A model generated the notes under the pieces. It was given only the letters and a program-made list of their open reading frames with translations. It was not told the DNA's origin and did not search any database. A stretch of DNA of 64,000 nt from NCBI GenBank assembly GCA_963831155.1, contig CAWHOY010000007.1, positions 139,235 through 203,234 of the forward strand, written 5' to 3'. Shown one piece after another: positions 58,243 through 64,000 of the stretch. Position numbers and translations under genes: made by a program. How positions within the stretch are numbered: the stretch's first letter is position 1; every line of letters begins with the position of its first letter. Origin of the DNA: an uncultured Acidimicrobiaceae bacterium (GTDB lineage Bacteria; Actinomycetota; Acidimicrobiia; Acidimicrobiales; Bog-793).

Positions 58243-58843
58243 CCACAAGACGACGACCCCGATCGATAGCGGCGCTGTTCGTCCTCGCGATCGCGGTTGC
58301 AACGGCGGGATGCGGCGTCGCGATCCAAGCGAGCGCGCAGCCGATTGCGGTGCCGCCGAACCTCTTCCACGCCCCGACGGTTCCCGATCTTCCCCGCCAC
58401 GGACGCCCCGTCGACGTCTACTTCTTGACGCGGGACATCTCGTGGCGTCCACGCGATACGTGACTGCCGGCAAGGTCGCACTCGACCACTTTTTGCAGAA
58501 CACGTTGAACGCCCTCACGCTCGGTCCAACGACTTCTGAGCTGCGTTCGGGCATATCCACCGCGATGAGCGAGTTCCCTCGCTCGCAAGTCACCCTCACC
58601 GGCAACGTGGTCGATGGCGTCGCCTCTGTCTCCCTGGACTCGTCGTTTGCTTCGCTCGACGCGACGGAACTGTTCGAAGCCGACGGCCAAATCGTCTACA
58701 CGCTCACCCAGTTCCCCCAGGTCACGTCGGTCAACTTCCTCTTCGGCGGCGTGCGGGAGGCGTTCCTCGCCCGCGGAAAGGTCAACTACAGCACGTCGGT
58801 GGGACGCCCCGATTATCTGTCGATACGACCGCTCGCGACCTGA
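58239..58843 (+). pseudogene. GerMN-domain lipoprotein, frameshifted near 58425
   Basis: Lipobox 'TAGC' and 'VDVYFL' are in one frame. 'DAGHLV...LTLGPT..E..SGIST...QIVYTLTQFPQVTSVNF' continues in the -1 frame. Confidence 0.75.
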
Positions 58844-59234
58844 GCCGCCAACGGGATTTGGTCAGCGGCGAGCGAACTCGCCCGACGCCGCGCTCGTCGA
58901 GGGCGACGCGCGGTGCATCGGCCCACAGTCGCTCGAGCGCGTACAACGCCCGCGACTCGAGGTCGAAGACGTGGACTACGAAGTCGCCGTAGTCGAGCAG
59001 CACCCAGCTCATCGATTCGAGGCCCTCGGACTGGCGAACGGTTGCGCCCGTCTGCTCGCGGACCTGGCGGGAGACCTCATCGACGATCGCGCGGACTTGC
59101 CGGTCATTGCGGCCCGCCGTGATCACGAAGTAATCGGTAATCCCGATCAGATCGCCGACGTCGAGAGCCACCGTTTCTTCGAGCGTCTTTGCCGACGCCG
59201 CCCGCGCGGCGATCAGCACGGCATCGAGGCTCAA
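58782..59234 (-). CDS. rsfS: Ribosome silencing factor
   Basis: 'DYFVITAG', 'RQVRAI', 'WVLLDYGDFVVHVF', 'YALERLW'; follows nadD. Confidence 0.93.
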   Translation of the reverse strand: MSLDAVLIAARAASAKTLEETVALDVGDLIGITDYFVITAGRNDRQVRAIVDEVSRQVREQTGATVRQSEGLESMSWVLLDYGDFVVHVFDLESRALYALERLWADAPRVALDERGVGRVRSPLTKSRWRLRSRAVVSTDNRGVPPTCCS

Positions 59235-59313
59235 CGAGAAGTTCCGTCCCCGCGGAAGGCAAGGTGTGGCACAGGGATCGCGACCGGAACGGGTCGGGCG
59301 ATCGCTCGGGCCT

Positions 59314-59922
59314 TCATCTGCCGACAGCGTACAGGCGACGGGAGCGGATCACGCGGACTGCGGCCTCCGGAATCAGATAGTCGAGCGGTCGGCCGTCGGC
59401 GGCGCGCTCGCGAAGATCGGTGCTCGACAGCTCGATCCCAGGAATCTCGATCGAGACTGCGTCCCACCCGTCGAGCGCCCTCTCGCGTCCCGGATCGACG
59501 GCCGTTGAGCCGGGACGGTTGACGATCACAATGGTCGTCAGTTTGCGGATCTCCTCAAGCCGTTCCCACGTATCGAGTCCGGCGATAACGTCCGCGCCGA
59601 CGATCAAGAACAGTCGCGCGGACGGGTCCATCGTGTGGAACTCGGCGACCGTGTCCGCAGTGTATGACGGACCTCCGCGCTCAATTTCGATGCGCGATGC
59701 TTCAAGCCCTTCGACGTCGCCGAGCGCCGCTTCGACGACGTCGAGGCGGTCCTGTGCAGGCGTCACGGATCGATCGTCGATTTTCTGCCACGGCTCGTTG
59801 GCGACGACGAACAGCACACGATCGAGTCCCAGCGCGTCGCGCGCGTTCACCGCGGCGACGAGGTGACCGATATGAATCGGATCGAACGTGCCGCCAAAGA
59901 TCCCGATGCGCTGTGACGCCAC
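59314..59922 (-). CDS. nadD: Nicotinate-nucleotide adenylyltransferase
   Basis: 'GGTFDPIHIGHL', 'SYTADT', 'GAD', 'LSSTDLRER'. Confidence 0.95.
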   Translation of the reverse strand: MASQRIGIFGGTFDPIHIGHLVAAVNARDALGLDRVLFVVANEPWQKIDDRSVTPAQDRLDVVEAALGDVEGLEASRIEIERGGPSYTADTVAEFHTMDPSARLFLIVGADVIAGLDTWERLEEIRKLTTIVIVNRPGSTAVDPGRERALDGWDAVSIEIPGIELSSTDLRERAADGRPLDYLIPEAAVRVIRSRRLYAVGR

Positions 59923-60001
59923 CAAGAAAGCGTACGCGTCCCTGCGCGGAAACCCGCCAGAGTGCCCTTCTCTACCGGTGCCACGCCGGTAGGGTTGGAC
60001 C

Positions 60002-61378
60002 GTGGTCCCGCCCGGAGTCCAACCTGACGCGACGCGCGCCCGGACTCCGTGGTCGCCCGATACCTGGCACCGATTCCCCGCCGAGCAGTCGCCAGATTGG
60101 CCCGATGAGATCGCGCTGAAACGCGCTCTCTCGGAACTCGAACGCCTCCCTCCCCTCGTCGATCCCGCCGAGGCACGGCGGCTATTGGCCGCGCTCGGCG
60201 ACGTCAGCGAGCGACGCGCGATCGTGCTCCAGGCCGGAGATTGTGCCGAGTCCTTCGCCGAAGTGACATTCGAGTCGATTCGCGAGCGGTTGTCGGTGAT
60301 TCTGCAGATGGCGGTCGTCCTCGCCTACGGATCAGGGTTGCCCGTCGTACGCGTCGGAAGGATCGCCGGTCAGTTTGCAAAGCCGCGTTCATCGCCGACT
60401 GAACACGTCGGCGATTGCGAGTTGCCGAGCTTTCGCGGACACATGGTCAACGACGACGCGCCGGATCTCGTCGCGCGGGCACCGGACCCGATGCGGATGG
60501 TCGCTGCGTACCACCACGCTGCCACGACGCTGAACGTGATGCGCACGTTGACCGCGCAAGGCTTCGCTTCCCTACCTCACGTGCACACCTGGAACCAGAA
60601 CTTCGTTGCCGCCACCGACGAAGGACGTCGCTACACCGAGACCGCAGGAGAGCTCGAGCGCGCCGTTGCCGCGTTGGGCACCTTCGGGATGCGTCTCGAC
60701 TCCGACTCCGAATCGTCGCGGGCGAACCTGTACACAAGCCACGAGGCGTTGCTCCTCGACTACGAACAGGCGCTCACTCGCAAGGACACGACGGACGGCT
60801 ATTACTACGACTGCTCCGCGCACATGGTCTGGGTCGGCGACCGGACGCGCAGGCTCGACGGCGCGCATGTCGAGTTCGCGCGAGGAATCCGCAACCCGAT
60901 CGGCGTGAAAGTCGGCCCGTCGACGACCGCCGGCGACCTCGTCACACTGTGCAACGTGCTCAACCCCGACCGGGTGCCGGGTCGACTCTCGCTCATCTGC
61001 CGGCTCGGCGTCGGCAGGGTCGAAGACCTACTTCCGGAATTCGTCGGCACCATTGAAAGGGCAGAGCACCCGGTCGTATGGCAGTGCGATCCGATGCACG
61101 GCAACACGTTCATTTCCGAAGGCCGAAAGACGCGCCGCTTCGAGGACATCTTGGGCGAGATCCGCGGATTCTTCGCCGTCCATCGCGACCTCGGCACGTG
61201 GCCCGGTGGTCTCCACGTCGAGCTCACCGGTGACGACGTCACGGAGTGCCTCGGGGGGACCGAGGACATCTTGGAAGAGCACCTCGCTCTGCGTTACACG
61301 ACCGCGTGTGACCCCCGATTGAACGCCCGCCAAGCGCTCGATCTCGCCTATCGAGTCGCGGAGCTGTTGCGGGACTGA
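60002..61378 (+). CDS. Class II DAHP synthase
   Basis: 'LQAGDCAE', 'GRIAGQFAKPRS', 'WVGDRTR', 'DPMHGNT', 'HVELTG', 'CDPRLN'. Confidence 0.95.
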   Translation: MVPPGVQPDATRARTPWSPDTWHRFPAEQSPDWPDEIALKRALSELERLPPLVDPAEARRLLAALGDVSERRAIVLQAGDCAESFAEVTFESIRERLSVILQMAVVLAYGSGLPVVRVGRIAGQFAKPRSSPTEHVGDCELPSFRGHMVNDDAPDLVARAPDPMRMVAAYHHAATTLNVMRTLTAQGFASLPHVHTWNQNFVAATDEGRRYTETAGELERAVAALGTFGMRLDSDSESSRANLYTSHEALLLDYEQALTRKDTTDGYYYDCSAHMVWVGDRTRRLDGAHVEFARGIRNPIGVKVGPSTTAGDLVTLCNVLNPDRVPGRLSLICRLGVGRVEDLLPEFVGTIERAEHPVVWQCDPMHGNTFISEGRKTRRFEDILGEIRGFFAVHRDLGTWPGGLHVELTGDDVTECLGGTEDILEEHLALRYTTACDPRLNARQALDLAYRVAELLRD

Positions 61379-63353
61379 TGGCGAGGCGGTGGTACCCGCT
61401 GCCGGGCGCGCGCGTCGCCGGGGCGGTGGCAGTGGTTTTCGCGGCGTCGTTGCTCTCGACCGGAGCTTCCGGAGCGACAACCAACGGCACTCCGGACTCG
61501 GGCCGGGCGAGCGACCGCGCGCACTCGCTCACCGTGACGATCACCCCGACGTGCTCGTATCCGGTGACCCCGACGACTACCACCACGACCACCACGACGA
61601 CGTCCACGACGACGACCACCTCGTCGACCACGTCACCACGACGTCCACGACGACAACGACCGCACCGAGTTCGACGACCTCGACGACAACAACCACGCCG
61701 ACGACCACGACGACGCGCCCACCGGCACCGGCCACGATCGAGAAACCCACCTACTACCTCGTCGAGTCGAACGGCGGCGTCCACCCCTTCGGTGGTGCGG
61801 CGTTCCACGGCTCGAAAGCGAAGCCCCGACAATCGGGCTTCGTCGGCGCGGCAACGACGGCGGATGGCGCGGGGTACTGGCTCACGGACGCGAAAGGAAG
61901 CGTCTACGGCTTCGGCGACGCGTCGTTCTTCGGTTCGCCCGTGCACGTCCCCCACCACGCGCCGATCGTCGCCATCGCCGCTGCGCCGGTCGGCGTCGGC
62001 TACTGGGTCATTTCGTCGAACGGGGCGGTCTACAACTACGGCACGGCGCCTTTTTGCGGCTCGCTCGTGCACGAGAAACTCCATTCCCCGATCGTTTCGA
62101 TCGCGCCAGCACCCGACGACGGCGGCTACCGACTCGTCGCAGCAAACGGTCAGGTCTTCGGCTTCGGCGACGAGAGTTCGCTCGGCACAATCTCGTCGAG
62201 CAAGGTTGACAACGGCGTTGTCGCGATCGCCAACACCCCGGACGGAAATGGGTACTGGATAGCGACGTCGAGTGGAAGCGTCTTCCGCTTCGGCGACGCC
62301 CCCTACTTCGGCGCACCGGCACGCAAACACATCAAGGACGTGTTCACTTCCTTTGTTGTCACCGCCGACGGCAGCGGGTACTGGTTCACCTCTTCGACGG
62401 GGCGAGTCTTCAACTATGGGGACGCGCGTTTCGCTGGATCCCTCGCGCACAATCCGCCTCAACACGGCGTCAAAATCGTCGAGCTGATGCGCTCGTTCAC
62501 CGTCGAACAAGGACTCCTTGCGCTTGCGCCAGGGCTGTTCGGCTATGACATCTCGAACTTCCAGTGCGCCTCGCCGAGTTCGAATCAGGTCATGGCGAAG
62601 ATGCCGCCCGTCTCCGCGATCTCGATCATCGAGGTCGCCGGTTGGCTCGACGGCGCGAACAATCGGTGCCTCGCCTCCGAGATCGTGTGGGCGGAGAAGG
62701 TCGATCCGGCGAGCGGCACTCCGTACAACCTCTATCTGTTCATGAATTCGCCGGACACGAATGCACAGGGGCAGGCGTTCTCCGCGACCGGTCCGCGCGG
62801 GACGTGCTCGCAGATGTCCGGGTCGAACCAGGCGAACTGCGTCGCCTACAACTACGGCTACAACGGAGCTGAGTCAGCGCTCACGTACGCCGCGAACGTC
62901 GGAGCCGAAGCTTCGATCTGGTGGCTCGACGTCGAGAACTCGACGCTTTCGCCGACCAACTATTCGAGCTTTTCCCAGGGCCAGTTCTGGTCACACAACA
63001 CCGAATTGAACGATCAGACGATCCAGGGGGCGATCGACGCGTTGCACGCGGCGGGACTGGAGGTCGGCATCTACTCGACGAGCGTCCAGTACCCGACGAT
63101 CGCCGGCAATTACGTGCCGACTGGTGGACAGATCCCGATCTGGGTCGCCGGTGTGCCCTGGACGAACCCGCCGTATTCAGGAGCCGGTTTTCCGAGCCCC
63201 GCGACGCTGGGCGCCTGGTGCGCCGGGACGGCGAACTACCCGCGCGCGACGGTTTCCGGCGACGTCTTCGCGGGGGGAATCCCGACGATCTTGCAGGAGA
63301 CGCCGGGCACGATCGCCTCGCCGTACGGCCTCGACCCCGACTACACCTGCTGA
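61378..63353 (+). CDS. Secreted protein: signal peptide, Thr-rich linker, GYW-type repeats, C-terminal GH25-like domain (frameshift near 61635)
   Basis: The signal peptide is in frame 61378 and the body in frame 61389. Repeats 'GYWL/GYWV/GYRL/GYWI/GYWF..G.V..(F/Y)G'; then 'GYDIS', 'WWLDVE', 'VGIYS'. Confidence 0.7.
61570..61715 (+). repeat. Low-complexity (acg/acc)n Thr/Ser tract
   Basis: 'acgactaccaccacgaccaccacgacgacg...' encodes a poly-Thr linker. Confidence 0.8.
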
Positions 63354-64000
63354 TCGACCGGGGCCCGCGTCACTTCGTTGTCGAGCCAGGCGGGAACCGC
63401 CGAGCGCACCGCGTCGCGTCCCGGTCCGCCCAAGTGCGCGACGTCGTTGAATCGGACAAGGCGCCAGCGATGCGCGGTCCGAACCCACTCGGTGATCGAG
63501 GTGTTCTCGGCGTGCAGCTGCACACCCGAACCGTGCTCTGGGATGCCGAGGAAGCGGATCACCGACGCCGCCACGACGCCACCGTGCGCTACGGTGACGA
63601 GGAGTTCTCCCGGATACCGCGACGCCACGTCGAGGAGACCAGTGCTCGCGCGGTCCAAGAAGGCGATCCAGCTCTCGCCCCCCGGCGACAAGGGCAGTTC
63701 GGGATCGGATCCGGGCAGCGACACCCGCTCGTAGCGCCGCTCGAACTCCGACCAGGAGATGCCGTCTGCCTCACCTGGGTGCTGCTCACAGAGCGAGCAG
63801 CTCTGTTCGACGACGCCGATTCCGAGCGCCGGGGCGATGATCTCCGCCGATTCGATCGCTCGCGGCAGGACGCTCGTCCAGACAGCTGCCGCCCCGTCGA
63901 GCTCGCCGGTCGTGCGCAGCCTGTCGACGAGCACCTTGCACTGCGCGACGCCGCGATCGGTAAGCCCCCGGCAGCCGTCATGGCCGCCGATCAGGTCCTC
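63341..64000 (-). CDS. Histidine phosphatase family protein (5'-partial)
   Basis: Open from the window end ('EDLIGGHDGCRGLTDRG'), 'TSVLPRAIESA', 'PGGESW', 'VAHGGV', 'NTSIT', 'RFNDVAHL'. Confidence 0.85.
   Translation of the reverse strand, partial: EDLIGGHDGCRGLTDRGVAQCKVLVDRLRTTGELDGAAAVWTSVLPRAIESAEIIAPALGIGVVEQSCSLCEQHPGEADGISWSEFERRYERVSLPGSDPELPLSPGGESWIAFLDRASTGLLDVASRYPGELLVTVAHGGVVAASVIRFLGIPEHGSGVQLHAENTSITEWVRTAHRWRLVRFNDVAHLGGPGRDAVRSAVPAWLDNEVTRAPVDQQV

Noticed and set aside
58782-58870. RsfS C-terminal extension overlapping the convergent GerMN gene
   Set aside because: It may be simple stop-codon drift or another indel; there is no evidence of function.
17640-61640. Programmed ribosomal frameshifting at the three frame breaks (about 17650, 58425 and 61635)
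   Set aside because: I saw no canonical slippery heptamer at any site. Scattered indels in unrelated genes point to assembly error or decay.
61570-61715. Thr-codon tract as a CRISPR-like array or phase-variation switch
   Set aside because: It is a degenerate trinucleotide coding repeat without spacers. Unit slippage would keep the frame, so the frameshift is more likely a 1-nt error.
1-64000. CRISPR arrays, IS elements, prophage, rRNA, or known anti-phage systems
   Set aside because: I found no repeat-spacer pattern, transposase, phage structural gene or recognisable defence effector by eye.

Overview
High-GC actinobacterial chromosome segment. It is most like Acidimicrobiia, inferred from the style of rpsB/tsf/cdsA, a DUF929-VKOR pair and secreted proteins with GYW-type repeats. 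1-2 kb: a partial secreted FG-GAP protein and a lone clpP. 2-30 kb: a large acyl-CoA catabolic block with no recognisable regulator (4 acyl-CoA dehydrogenase genes, one disrupted; 2 acyl-CoA ligases; thiolase; MaoC; 4 SDRs; 2 LLM oxidoreductases; APH-family kinase; LIV-type ABC transporter). 30-37 kb: a STAND-type class III cyclase and tRNA-Leu(TAG), then a codon-foreign Rgt/Gtf-like antibiotic glycosyltransferase and a ClpC N-domain fusion protein. 37-46 kb: arfB with a tiny hyper-acidic neighbour, threonine aldolase, an apparently inactive hydrolase-fold lipoprotein, an orphan hpnO-like gene, rmuC and VKOR/DUF929. 46-60 kb: core genes (ispG-rseP-dxr-cdsA-frr-pyrH-tsf-rpsB, xerC, an MtrAB-like two-component system, rsfS, nadD). 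60-64 kb: class II DAHP synthase, a secreted GH25-like protein and a partial histidine phosphatase. Three genes carry frameshifts, possibly assembly errors. I saw no CRISPR array, transposase or phage genes. Best leads: the candidate antibiotic-neutralising islet at tRNA-Leu, an Lva/ACAD10-11-like 4-hydroxy-acid module, the pseudo-hydrolase next to hpnO, and the DUF929-VKOR pair. All family calls come from motifs recognised by eye; no searches were run.
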